From Candidatus Latescibacterota bacterium (GTDB lineage: Bacteria; Latescibacterota; UBA2968; GCA-2709665), in NCBI GenBank assembly GCA_965248435.1, contig OZ252100.1, forward strand, positions 3,648,001-3,712,000: 64,000 nucleotides of DNA, read 5' to 3'. Made by a program: the position numbers and the translations under genes. The notes under the pieces are model-generated. The model was not told the DNA's origin. It was given only the letters and a program-made list of their open reading frames with translations, and searched no databases. Shown in pieces: positions 29,537-38,677 of this stretch. Positions within the stretch are counted from its first letter, which is position 1; the number at the start of each line of letters is the position of its first letter.

Positions 29537-30478
29537 ATGACCGAAGTTCTCACCGAATCCATCAAAGATAAACGCGCCTGGACGGCGAAAACCGCCGACC
29601 CACAGGAAGCTTGGACCACAGTTCTGTCCGAAGCGTGTTTTGAGGAGCTGGTGAGAACCGCGCAGGGGGTGGAGGGACCGACGACGGAGATCCGCGTCCG
29701 ACAGGAGGACCTTTCCCTAAGTAGATCCGCTCTCGCTCCGGTCTCGGAGGCGATCGAATCAGGCCGGGGATTCGCGGTGATCGACAGGGTACCGCTGGAG
29801 AACCGCTCGACAGAGGAGGTCGTGCGGATCTACTGGCTGATCGGTCAGATCCTGGGGGACCCGTTCGACCAGGACATCAAGGGGACGCTGCTTTACGATG
29901 TGACGGACACCGGCCAAAACGTTGCAGAAGGGGCCCGGTTCTCCGTCACCAACGCGGAGAGCACCTTCCATACCGACGGGGCGTTCAACCCGCACGTGCC
30001 CGACATTGTCGGACTGCTGTGTCTTCAGACGGCCAAGTCGGGTGGCGAAAGCCAGCTCGTGAGCGCGGTTGCGGTTCACAACGCGCTGCTCGAAAATCAC
30101 AAGGAGGTTCTGGAGAGGCTGTATGACGTCTTCTGCTTCGACCGCAGGGGCCAGTTCCGCGAGGGGGAGGACCCGTTTACGGAGACGCCGATCTATCGCT
30201 GGGACGGGTCGGAGCTGATCCACCGTTACATGAATTTGTACGTTGAGGTGGGCCATCGGCTTGCTGAGAGACCGCTGACTGCGGATCGGGAGGCGGCGCT
30301 TGAGATGATGGAGAGATTGGTGCAGCGAGAGGACTTGAGGGTCGAGTTCAGCCTGGAGCGAGGGCAGATGCTCTTCACGAACAACCGATGGATTCTGCAC
30401 AACCGCACGGCCTTCGAGGATCATCCTGAGCCTGAGAAGCGGCGGTACTATGTCAGGCTGTGGCTGAGCAGGAAGTGA
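29537..30478 (+). CDS. TauD/TfdA family Fe(II)/2-oxoglutarate dioxygenase
   Basis: FHTDG (HxD), GLLCL..AKSGGES, NNRWILHNRTAFED, RYYVRLWL. Confidence 0.92.
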   Translation: MTEVLTESIKDKRAWTAKTADPQEAWTTVLSEACFEELVRTAQGVEGPTTEIRVRQEDLSLSRSALAPVSEAIESGRGFAVIDRVPLENRSTEEVVRIYWLIGQILGDPFDQDIKGTLLYDVTDTGQNVAEGARFSVTNAESTFHTDGAFNPHVPDIVGLLCLQTAKSGGESQLVSAVAVHNALLENHKEVLERLYDVFCFDRRGQFREGEDPFTETPIYRWDGSELIHRYMNLYVEVGHRLAERPLTADREAALEMMERLVQREDLRVEFSLERGQMLFTNNRWILHNRTAFEDHPEPEKRRYYVRLWLSRK

Positions 30479-30495
30479 AACCAGGGGAGAAACCG

Positions 30496-31977
30496 ATGTA
30501 CGACTATGAGAAGTATCCTCCGATCATCTATGCGGACGATTTCGCAGATCGCCAGAACATCAGCTGGCGGGTCGAGCCGGCCAGGAAGCACGAAACCAAT
30601 CCGCTGCTCGAGCCGAAATTTCCGTGGGACAGCGCCAGCCCCTGCGGCGGTCACGGAACGATCCTGAAAGACCCGATCGACGGTGTCTTCAAGGCGTGGG
30701 TCGTCGGCATCGAGGAAGATTTGTCTTACGATGGAAGCGGGCCGCTGGGCTACCGGCTCGTCCACCTTCGGTCCGAAGACGGGGTCGATTGGGAACGCCC
30801 GGAGCTGGACGTCTGTCCGGTCGAGGGCCACTCGAGGACAAACATCCTCCTGGATTACGACACCGGCGGACGGACGACCTACGCTTCGGTGTTCGTCGAT
30901 CCGGAGGCGAATCCGGATGAGCCATACGAGATGTTCTGCTTTCGCGACGCCGCCCTGAACTGCCCTGCCGGTCTCGTGGCCGGGTTCGGTCCGGACGCGG
31001 TACCGGGCCGCCAGTCGTATCGCTACCGTTCCGTGGACGGGATCCACTGGCGCCCGGACCAGGGCCCGGTTCCGATCTCGAGCGCGGATACGCTCTACGT
31101 TCACAAGGCGTCGGACGGGACGTACGTCTGCCATCACAAGTACTCGATCCCGATGTACCCGGGCGGCAGGGCCGCGTTCGATGTCGCCGGGAGCAAATGC
31201 CGGATCGGGTGGCAGGCAAGGAGTGAGGATGGCTACAACTGGTCGGAGTCGATCCCGATGATGGTCCCGGATTCGCTCGACGCGCAGGGTGACCAGATCA
31301 TGGAGGTGGGCCGCTATCCGTACAACGACGGTTACATCGGCCTGACGGCGATTTTCAACGGCATCCACCAGGAGATGCATCTTCAGCTTGCGGTTTCTCC
31401 TACCGGCCTTCCGATCAAGACCTACCCGCCCTACTCAGACAGCGGCTGGTGGCGGCCGTCCCGCCGCCCCGCGCTCGGATTGGAGCCGCTCGGCGATTAC
31501 GGCGGGGGACAGATCTGGCCCACGCGAACACTCGTCGAGGATGGGGACGAACTCGTGATTTTTTACGGCGCCCTGGAGGGTGTCCACGGAGACCTGTATT
31601 CGAGAGAGCCGGGCATGCTGCACTTCTATGGGGCCCTGTGCCGGGCCTCGTGGGAGAAGGGACGCATGTGGGCAGCAGTTCCGGCCTCGGGCGGACACAG
31701 AGAAGCGATGCTCGAGACGCAACCGATGGAGGACACTGAGGGAAAGAAGCTGATTGTGAACGCGGTCACTCGGCCCGACGGGTTCGTGATGGCAGAACTG
31801 GTAGACGCGCGCGGCGAAGTAATTCCAGGGTTCGGTCGGGATGATTGCCAGGGACTGAGCGGCGATCACAAGTGCGCGGTTCTCTCGTGGAAAGGCGGCG
31901 AGGCCTGCCCTTCGAGCGGTCACCAGCTACGCATCTTTCTGATGCGCGCGAGGCTTTACGGGTTCGCGTGGCAGTAG
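30496..31977 (+). CDS. Five-bladed beta-propeller GH-like protein, copy 4 (distant)
   Basis: NPLLEPKFPWD, GTILKDPIDG, SEDGVDWERPEL, LGDYGGG, ARLYGF. ATG at 30496 after GGGGAG. Confidence 0.7.
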   Translation: MYDYEKYPPIIYADDFADRQNISWRVEPARKHETNPLLEPKFPWDSASPCGGHGTILKDPIDGVFKAWVVGIEEDLSYDGSGPLGYRLVHLRSEDGVDWERPELDVCPVEGHSRTNILLDYDTGGRTTYASVFVDPEANPDEPYEMFCFRDAALNCPAGLVAGFGPDAVPGRQSYRYRSVDGIHWRPDQGPVPISSADTLYVHKASDGTYVCHHKYSIPMYPGGRAAFDVAGSKCRIGWQARSEDGYNWSESIPMMVPDSLDAQGDQIMEVGRYPYNDGYIGLTAIFNGIHQEMHLQLAVSPTGLPIKTYPPYSDSGWWRPSRRPALGLEPLGDYGGGQIWPTRTLVEDGDELVIFYGALEGVHGDLYSREPGMLHFYGALCRASWEKGRMWAAVPASGGHREAMLETQPMEDTEGKKLIVNAVTRPDGFVMAELVDARGEVIPGFGRDDCQGLSGDHKCAVLSWKGGEACPSSGHQLRIFLMRARLYGFAWQ

Positions 31978-32016
31978 GTTGTTCGAATTTCCAAACACAT
32001 TCGAGGAGGGCGTCCC

Positions 32017-32964
32017 TTGAAATATTTTTCGCTGGAGACCCAACGCCAGTCCATTCCCGAGCGGTGGGAGGACGAGGCGACCCGACTCATGAAGGTGAGC
32101 TGGAAGGAACGGATGATCACCGGCCTGAATCAGGCGGCCTACCGCTCTTACATCTACCCCGTGCTATCTCCGGCCGGCGTGCCCGTCACGACCGAGCGGT
32201 CGATCAGAGACCACCCATGGCACCAATCGGTGACGATCGGAACGGACCAGTTTTACGTCTACCAGTCCTCTCCAGAGGGAAGGGTGGAGGAACCGGCACG
32301 TAATTTCTACTGGGATTGGCCCTTCCAGGGACGTGATGCGGGCAGGATCATTTCACAGGCGGAGAACGAGGCCACGGAACTGGCCGACGACCACCTCCAG
32401 ATCACGCAGAGGCTCAACTGGGAGGGTCCCGAGGAGTGGGGCGTGCCGCCTCACCGACGGATTATGGCCACGGAGGCGCGAACGATCGACGTGCGGCCGG
32501 GCGAAACCGCCAACATCGTCGACGTGAGGTCTCAGGTGCGGCCGACCGACTGGGACCTTCGGATCGGTCCGTGCCGCCACTCTTATTTCACGGTCCGCGT
32601 GGCCGACCATCTCCGTGTCTCGGAGCCCGATGGGACAAAGCTTACCGGGATGCTCGTCGACTCGCAGGGTCGGGTTGGTGCCGAGGAAATCTGTTGGCAA
32701 CACGCGGACTGGGTCGACTTCTACGGACCGGATGCGGAAGGCCGGACCGCCGGGATCGCCCTGTTCCAATTCCCCTCCCTGGGTGTTCCCTGGTACCTGG
32801 TGGACTACGGATCGATTCGCATCAATCCGTTCAGGCTGGACGCGAGAACCGTGAACCGCGGAGACCTGGTGGATGTGGCGATTCGCGTCGTGGCCCACGA
32901 CGGCACGCCGGAAGAGGCGGGAATCGCAGAGCTATACGCGTCCTTCAAGGAGGAAGTCGGGTAG
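32017..32964 (+). CDS. PmoA-like (PF14100/DUF6807-type) beta-sandwich protein, copy 1
   Basis: YIYPVLSPAGVPVT, DHPWHQS, ADWVDFYG, GIALF, VVAHDG. TTG start after GGAGG. Confidence 0.72.
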   Translation: MKYFSLETQRQSIPERWEDEATRLMKVSWKERMITGLNQAAYRSYIYPVLSPAGVPVTTERSIRDHPWHQSVTIGTDQFYVYQSSPEGRVEEPARNFYWDWPFQGRDAGRIISQAENEATELADDHLQITQRLNWEGPEEWGVPPHRRIMATEARTIDVRPGETANIVDVRSQVRPTDWDLRIGPCRHSYFTVRVADHLRVSEPDGTKLTGMLVDSQGRVGAEEICWQHADWVDFYGPDAEGRTAGIALFQFPSLGVPWYLVDYGSIRINPFRLDARTVNRGDLVDVAIRVVAHDGTPEEAGIAELYASFKEEVG

Positions 32965-32985
32965 GTAGAGGCCAGAGTCAAAAGA

Positions 32986-33013
32986 GAATATCGAATATCG
33001 ATTGTCGAATGTC
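32986..33013 (+). repeat. Heptamer tandem repeat (GAATATC family)
   Basis: GAATATC-GAATATC-GATTGTC-GAATGTC. Confidence 0.7.
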
Positions 33014-33045
33014 GAAGGATATAGGCCAACTTGCGAGGAGTTAGG

Positions 33046-33762
33046 ATGAAGGTCAACAATATCCGAAAGAAGATGGACGCCGGGGAAATGGCATATGGCT
33101 GCACATTCCAGTACTCCTATCCGACGCACATAGAATGGGCAGGATTGGCAGGGTTCGACTTCGTGCTATTCGACTGCTGTCACAGCGCGATCAACTCGGA
33201 GACACTCCTGGATTGCATCCATGCTGCCGAGATGTATGGGATGACGCCCGTCGCCCGGACGGGCGGCGTGGACGAGTACGAAATCCTGACCCTCTTGGAT
33301 ATCGGTATACTGGGCATCCACGCATCAGATGTCAGGACCGCGAAGGAAGCTAAGACGCTGTCCGAAATCTGCAAGTTCTATCCTGACGGTGGACGGGGTC
33401 TTGCCGGATCGCGATCGATGTGGACATGGGGCGCAGCCTCTACACGCGAGTATATGGAAGAATCGAACTCCCAGATCACGACCGGGTTTCAGCTCGAGCA
33501 CGTCGATGTGCTGAAGGAGCTGGACGCGATTCTGGACGTTGAGGGTATCGACTACTATATGAGTGGGCACAAGGACCTCGCTCAGTCCCTGGGGCATTAT
33601 GGTGACAGCAGTCAGCCCGAGGTAATAGCGACCCAACAGAAGATCACCGACGCCATTCACGCCCGAGGAAAAAAGATGCATGGTGAGGTGGCCAAGACGA
33701 TCGGGTGCATGGAGCTGTTTCAGGATACTGCCAGGGACTGGCTGAAGGCGCAAAATGCATAG
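33046..33762 (+). CDS. HpcH/HpaI aldolase/citrate lyase family, copy 1
   Basis: AGFDFVLFDCCH, PVAR, LLDIG, KFYPDGGRG, QLEH, GIDYY..GHKDL. ATG start. Confidence 0.85.
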   Translation: MKVNNIRKKMDAGEMAYGCTFQYSYPTHIEWAGLAGFDFVLFDCCHSAINSETLLDCIHAAEMYGMTPVARTGGVDEYEILTLLDIGILGIHASDVRTAKEAKTLSEICKFYPDGGRGLAGSRSMWTWGAASTREYMEESNSQITTGFQLEHVDVLKELDAILDVEGIDYYMSGHKDLAQSLGHYGDSSQPEVIATQQKITDAIHARGKKMHGEVAKTIGCMELFQDTARDWLKAQNA

Positions 33763-33775
33763 GTGAATAACTCGT

Positions 33776-33803
33776 GTAGAGACGCCCTGGTGGGGCGTCT
33801 CTA
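33776..33803 (+). repeat. GTAG-foot REP hairpin family C, copy 1
   Basis: GTAGAGACGCCCTGGTGGGGCGTCTCTA. Also at 34565, 35371 and 50642. Confidence 0.85.
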
Positions 33804-33820
33804 AGGCCTAAAGACATTAC

Positions 33821-34552
33821 GTGAAGATCAACAATATTCGCAAAAAGATGGACGCCGGAGAGATGGCCTACGGCTGCGGCATCCAGTACTCCTCGCCAAC
33901 ACACGTGGAGTGGGTGGGGATGGCCGGGTTTGACTTCGTGGAGTTCTCCTGCTGTCACGTCGCGGTCAACCCGGAGACACTCCTGGATTGCCTGCGCGCT
34001 GCAGAGTTCCACGGGGTTACATCCGTCGCTCGGGTGGGCAGCGTGGATCCTCACGAGATCCTGAACCTCTTGGATATCGGGGTCATGGGCATCCACGCGT
34101 CTGACGTGAGGACCGCGGAGGAAGCTCGGACACTGGCCGAGATTTGCAAGTTCTATCCTGAAGGAGGGCGGGGACTTGCCGGATCGCGATCGATGTGGAG
34201 CTGGGGCGCATCGTCTACGCGGGAGTATATGGAAGAAGCGAACTCCCAGATTACCACCGGCTTCCAGCTCGAGCACGTGGATATGCTGAAGGAGCTGGAC
34301 GCGATCCTTGATGTTGACGGTATCGACTATTACCTGTCAGGACGCAGAGACATCTCTCAGTCTCTGGGCCTCTATGGCGACACCGATCATCCTGAAGTTA
34401 TGGCGTTCGAACAAAAGGTCGCCGATGCAGTCCACGCACACGGGAAGAAGATGTATACTGAGTGCGCCACGACGACCGATTGCCTGGACCTGTTTTTGAA
34501 CTCGGCAAAGGATTGGCTCAAGGAACAAAAGTCAGCGAATCGTGGATCGTAA
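33821..34552 (+). CDS. HpcH/HpaI aldolase family, copy 2
   Basis: Tandem paralog. GTG start. FSCCH and GRRD variants. Confidence 0.85.
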   Translation: MKINNIRKKMDAGEMAYGCGIQYSSPTHVEWVGMAGFDFVEFSCCHVAVNPETLLDCLRAAEFHGVTSVARVGSVDPHEILNLLDIGVMGIHASDVRTAEEARTLAEICKFYPEGGRGLAGSRSMWSWGASSTREYMEEANSQITTGFQLEHVDMLKELDAILDVDGIDYYLSGRRDISQSLGLYGDTDHPEVMAFEQKVADAVHAHGKKMYTECATTTDCLDLFLNSAKDWLKEQKSANRGS

Positions 34553-34590
34553 ATCGTTGGTCGTGTAGAGACGTCCCGATGGGGCGTCTC
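34538..34590 (+). repeat. Heptamer array overlapping the stop codon, plus REP family C copy 2
   Basis: AATCGTG-GATCGTA-AATCGTT-GGTCGTG, then GTAGAGACGTCCCGATGGGGCGTCTC (34565-34590). Confidence 0.78.
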
Positions 34591-34618
34591 CAAGACGAAC
34601 GGCTCGAAAGGAGAGGCC

Positions 34619-35341
34619 TTGAAAATCAACAATATCAAAAAAAAGATGAATGCCGGGGAGCGTGCCTACGGCTGTACATTCGAGCACTCCGCTCCGATAT
34701 ACGTGGAATGGGCGGGGATGGCTGGCTTCGACTTTGTACAGCTCCACTGTTTCGGTGATACGAACCCGGAGAAACTCGTGGATTGCGTGCGTGTTGCCGA
34801 GATGTACGGTGTGACACCCATCGCCCGGGTGGGCAGCGTGAACCCGGACGAGATCTCGAACATGCTTAATGTCGGATGTCTGGGCATCCACGCGTCCGAC
34901 GTGAGGACCGCGGAGGAGGCCCGGACGCTGGCCAGCATCTGCAAGTTCTATCCCGAGGGTGGTCGGGGCCTCTCTGGTTCGCGATCGATGTGGTCCTGGG
35001 GCACGTCGTCAACCCGTGAATATATGGAAGAAGCGAACTCACAGATCACGACCGGCTTCCAGCTGGAACACGTGGATGTGCTGAACGAGCTGGATGCGAT
35101 CCTGGACGTCGACGGTATCGACTACTACCTGTCGGGTCCCAAAGACATCGCCCAGTCCCTGGGCCTCTATGGGGATCGCGATCATCCAGAAGTAAAGGCA
35201 TTCCAGCAGAAGATCACGGATGCCGTCCACGCACGTGGCAAGAAATCGTATAGCGAGGTCGCCTCGGTGATCAGTTGTATGGAGCTGATTTTGAACCCGG
35301 CCAAAGAGTGGCTGAAAGAACAAAGGGAAAAAACCGGTTGA
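34619..35341 (+). CDS. HpcH/HpaI aldolase family, copy 3
   Basis: Tandem paralog. TTG start after AAGGAGAGG. QLHCF and GPKD variants. Confidence 0.85.
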   Translation: MKINNIKKKMNAGERAYGCTFEHSAPIYVEWAGMAGFDFVQLHCFGDTNPEKLVDCVRVAEMYGVTPIARVGSVNPDEISNMLNVGCLGIHASDVRTAEEARTLASICKFYPEGGRGLSGSRSMWSWGTSSTREYMEEANSQITTGFQLEHVDVLNELDAILDVDGIDYYLSGPKDIAQSLGLYGDRDHPEVKAFQQKITDAVHARGKKSYSEVASVISCMELILNPAKEWLKEQREKTG

Positions 35342-35370
35342 TCGTTGATCGTCGTTAGCAATTCGTGGTT

Positions 35371-35405
35371 CGTGAAGAGACGCCCCGGTGGGGCGTCTCT
35401 TCACG
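35371..35405. repeat. REP family C copy 3 (16-bp perfect stem)
   Basis: CGTGAAGAGACGCCCC-GGT-GGGGCGTCTCTTCACG, preceded by GATCGTT/TTCGTG-type microrepeats. Confidence 0.85.
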
Positions 35406-35444
35406 GCTGAGGCACACACGCTTTAAGGAAATGGGAGGAACTGA

Positions 35445-36401
35445 ATGGCCCGATATGATCTGTTCGATCCGGAACAAGCACCGCGAGGGGTCTCGACGCT
35501 CATCAAGACGCCGCTGCTGGAGGGGGGTCGTGTCGATTATGAATCCTACGCGCGCCAGGTCGAACACGTCGTGGATGTGGGGACCTGTCTTGCCGTTCCT
35601 GGTATGCGAGGGTGTGAAACCTGGACACTGAGCGAAGAGGAGCGCGTTCGCTGCCTGGAGATCACGCTGGAGGTCTGCAAGGACCGAACGCCGGTCTGCG
35701 CGACCGTTGCCGGGATCTCCATCCCCGATCTTATTGCGGCGGCCCGACGGGCCGAGGATATGGGCGCGGATATGATCGCGATCGTCGTACCGCCCTGGAT
35801 CCGCCACGTGGAAGATATCCTCACCTGTGTCAAGGCGGCGGCCGAATCCGTGTCTCTACCCAACCTGGTACACTCCGTGGGTGGGATGGGTGACATGGTC
35901 GTACCGACCGAGCGGCTTGCAAGACTTCCCAAGGAGAGCCCGAACATCCGCTACATGAAGGAAGAGGCACCCCTCGATGCCGTTCGCCGAGTCTCCCAGC
36001 TTCTGAAGACGTCGGGAGGCGAGGACTATCTGAATATCATGGTGGGTTCCCCACTCGTGCTGGGCTACCTGGCGGGCGCGCGGATGTTCATGTCTTCCGC
36101 GGATGTGATCGAGCCGTTCATGGCGGTGATCGATGCCATGGAGGCCGGAAACGAAGAGGAGGCGAGGCGCATCGATCGAGATGTTGACGTGCTCCAGTTT
36201 GTCAGGGGGTACATCAAGGGTCAGTACAACAACAAGCTGATCATGGAACGGCGGGGGATCTTCGCGTCGGCCAGGTTGGCTTCACCGAAGTCGGAACTTG
36301 GATTCGTCGATCTCACGCCGGCGGAAGAGGACGAGCTCACTGAGGCGCTTCGGCCGCTGATGCCTTACTACAAAAAATTTCCACCGAGCCCACCCGCATA
36401 G
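35445..36401 (+). CDS. Dihydrodipicolinate synthase (DapA/NAL) family class I aldolase
   Basis: TPL..GRVDYE, GCETWTLSEEER, AEDMGAD...PP, PNIRYMKEE (Schiff-base Lys). Confidence 0.88.
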   Translation: MARYDLFDPEQAPRGVSTLIKTPLLEGGRVDYESYARQVEHVVDVGTCLAVPGMRGCETWTLSEEERVRCLEITLEVCKDRTPVCATVAGISIPDLIAAARRAEDMGADMIAIVVPPWIRHVEDILTCVKAAAESVSLPNLVHSVGGMGDMVVPTERLARLPKESPNIRYMKEEAPLDAVRRVSQLLKTSGGEDYLNIMVGSPLVLGYLAGARMFMSSADVIEPFMAVIDAMEAGNEEEARRIDRDVDVLQFVRGYIKGQYNNKLIMERRGIFASARLASPKSELGFVDLTPAEEDELTEALRPLMPYYKKFPPSPPA

Positions 36402-36435
36402 GAAGAAACTCCTCTGAGAGAAAGGTGAACCGTCG

Positions 36436-37431
36436 ATGGCAGAATTGAAGGTAGGCGTGATCGGATGCGGAGCACACGCGCAAGGTCACTTCGCGATGAT
36501 CGCGTCGGAACCACGGATGGCGCTGATGGCAGTCTCGGAGGTCGATGATGAACGGCTGGAAGCAGCGAAAGCGAAACACCATCCGGAACTGGGCTTCAGC
36601 GACTACCGCGAGATGCTGGACAAGGCGGAGCTGGACGTGGTCTACGTCGAAACTCGGACCTGGCACCAGACACCGATCGTACTGGAGTGCCTGGGACGCG
36701 ACCTGCATACGTCGGTCGAGAAACCGCCTGGAATGAACGTGGGAGAGACGGTAGAGATGCGCGATGCCACGCGCAAGAGCAAGGGCAAAGCGATCGTCTC
36801 GTTCAACCGGCGCTACCGGCCGGAGGTCCTCGCGGTGCGACGCCTTTTGCAGGAGCGTGGCGGGGCGACACACGTCGCCGCCGATTATCACAAGCCAGTC
36901 TCCGGGCTTGCCGTCCCTGGCGTCAAAGAGTTTCATCCTCCGGAGATCGTGTGTGACGCGATACACCACGTGGACCTGCTTCGATGGCTCGCGGGGAGCT
37001 CAGGTACTGAGACGGCGAGGGCCGTGGAGGTGTTCGCACACGCCTGGCACGGGGATCAGGAAGGCACGCCGAGATACAACGCAATCATCCACTTCGACAA
37101 TGACTGTCACGGGACGATGATCAGTCAGTACGGGGTCGGTGCCCGGGTTCAGACCGCGGAGGCTCACAGTGAGAATATTTCGGCTTACGTGGACCTCACC
37201 TCTTCGGCCGATGCAAAGGTCACGCTTTATGTGGATCAGCAGCGTGTCGACGAGCCCCTCGATCTGGATGCGGTCGGTGGGGCAGACTTCAACGAAACGC
37301 GACACTTCGCGGACTGCATCCTGAACGATACGACACCCTGGAGTTCGCTGGACGACGCCGTAAAGTCGGAGGAACTTTCAGAGGCCATTCTTGAGGAACA
37401 CCGCGGGGACCTTGAGACCCGCGCAGACTAG
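36436..37431 (+). CDS. Gfo/Idh/MocA family oxidoreductase
   Basis: VIGCGAHA, VEKPPG, FNRRY, DAIHHVDLLRW. Confidence 0.92.
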   Translation: MAELKVGVIGCGAHAQGHFAMIASEPRMALMAVSEVDDERLEAAKAKHHPELGFSDYREMLDKAELDVVYVETRTWHQTPIVLECLGRDLHTSVEKPPGMNVGETVEMRDATRKSKGKAIVSFNRRYRPEVLAVRRLLQERGGATHVAADYHKPVSGLAVPGVKEFHPPEIVCDAIHHVDLLRWLAGSSGTETARAVEVFAHAWHGDQEGTPRYNAIIHFDNDCHGTMISQYGVGARVQTAEAHSENISAYVDLTSSADAKVTLYVDQQRVDEPLDLDAVGGADFNETRHFADCILNDTTPWSSLDDAVKSEELSEAILEEHRGDLETRAD

Positions 37432-37452
37432 AGGTAGAGAGGTCATTCGTGG

Positions 37453-37633
37453 CTGGCCGACGTGGCTGTGCCACAGTAGTGAAGCACCGGCTTTCTGATC
37501 CGGCCCCATCAAAAAGAGCTTAGGGGCCGGTTCTCGGTCTGGAGACCGGTCCCACAGTGATTGCCGGCTGAGAGAGTGTGTCACAGAGCACCAAGGGCAC
37601 CATTTGCTGTGGGACCCGACTCCAGTCGGGGAA
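37453..37633. repeat. GTGG-foot REP-like hairpins (inverted pair plus a degenerate third)
   Basis: Minus 37531-37557 CTGTGGGACCGGTCTCCAGACCGAGAA. Plus 37607-37633 CTGTGGGACCCGACTCCAGTCGGGGAA. Minus ~37453-37476 CTGTGGCACAGCCACGTCGGCCAG. Confidence 0.7.
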
Positions 37634-37933
37634 TGGGCTTCTAGCCTTTTCAACGGAGCCCGTGACTAGAGGTGCTTCATTCCTAAAAAGGCAGGTTGTT
37701 AGTGGCAAGAAAGTTTCACGAGGCATCACTACGCAAGGGTCGATTTTCTGAATCCGGGTCATTTTATGCGGTTACCAAGTGCATTCTTAACCGAGAGAAG
37801 TTGCTGATCTCAAATCCGAGCAGTCCAGTCGATTCTTCCAATATTTCAGACATTGTTGTGAGCTGTATCCTGACTGGTATCAGTTAAGTTCCGTGCCTGA
37901 AGGCAGCTGCGATCCTGGAGGGATGAAATCCTG

Positions 37934-38659
37934 ATGACATGCACCGACTATGCAAGATCGTTCGTCTGCTCGAACGGGACAGGAGCCAGGAACGCACCTC
38001 AGTTCTGGCTCGAGTCCCGGTGTACGCTGATAGATGACCGAGAGCAGACAAAAGACGAGTTCTATCAGTGTGCCTCCTGTAAGAGCGAGCACACCTTCGC
38101 CGAAAAGGATCTGTTCCAGGACCCCAACTACGACTTCCTTCCGGTCTTCAGCGAGGCGGACGTCGCGATCTTCCGGAGGCACGCGTTCTTAAACGAGAAT
38201 TACCTGGAGTACCGCGAGGCAAAGGCGGTCTGGGGAGGTCCCAGATTCGTGATCCGGGAGGCGGAGCCGGTTAAAGAGCTGGACGATGCGGGGATCATCC
38301 GGGTCGCGCTGAAAGGTCTTCCGTTCGTGAGCCAGACAGAGATCTGGGATGAGGAGACCGAGATGCGCGCGATCATCGAGTGTCCTGTCAAAACCATGAA
38401 TGCGGATCCGGACAGGGGAGTCTACCAGGTAGACACTGGGCCGGTGCTGTATCCGGACTTGAGTCAGCGCTACGCGCGAAAGATCGAGGCGCTTCGTCTG
38501 GCGTTCGTGGCCTTCAACGCCCCCGGCTTCGCTGACTTCGTGATCGAACAGCCGACAGAGATCGAGGAAGAGGGAAAAGTGATCTGCAAGGCTCACCACT
38601 ACTCCGGCATCGTAAGCCGACCGGCGAAGAATTCAGTCTGGGTTGTCGGAGAAAATTGA
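37934..38659 (+). CDS. Hypothetical protein (241 aa) with a CxxC motif
   Basis: GGAGG RBS. FWLESRC, QCASCKSEHTF, IECPVKTMN, YQVDTGPV. No family recognised. Confidence 0.75.
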   Translation: MTCTDYARSFVCSNGTGARNAPQFWLESRCTLIDDREQTKDEFYQCASCKSEHTFAEKDLFQDPNYDFLPVFSEADVAIFRRHAFLNENYLEYREAKAVWGGPRFVIREAEPVKELDDAGIIRVALKGLPFVSQTEIWDEETEMRAIIECPVKTMNADPDRGVYQVDTGPVLYPDLSQRYARKIEALRLAFVAFNAPGFADFVIEQPTEIEEEGKVICKAHHYSGIVSRPAKNSVWVVGEN

Positions 38660-38677
38660 AGACTGGAGGGTTGATAC

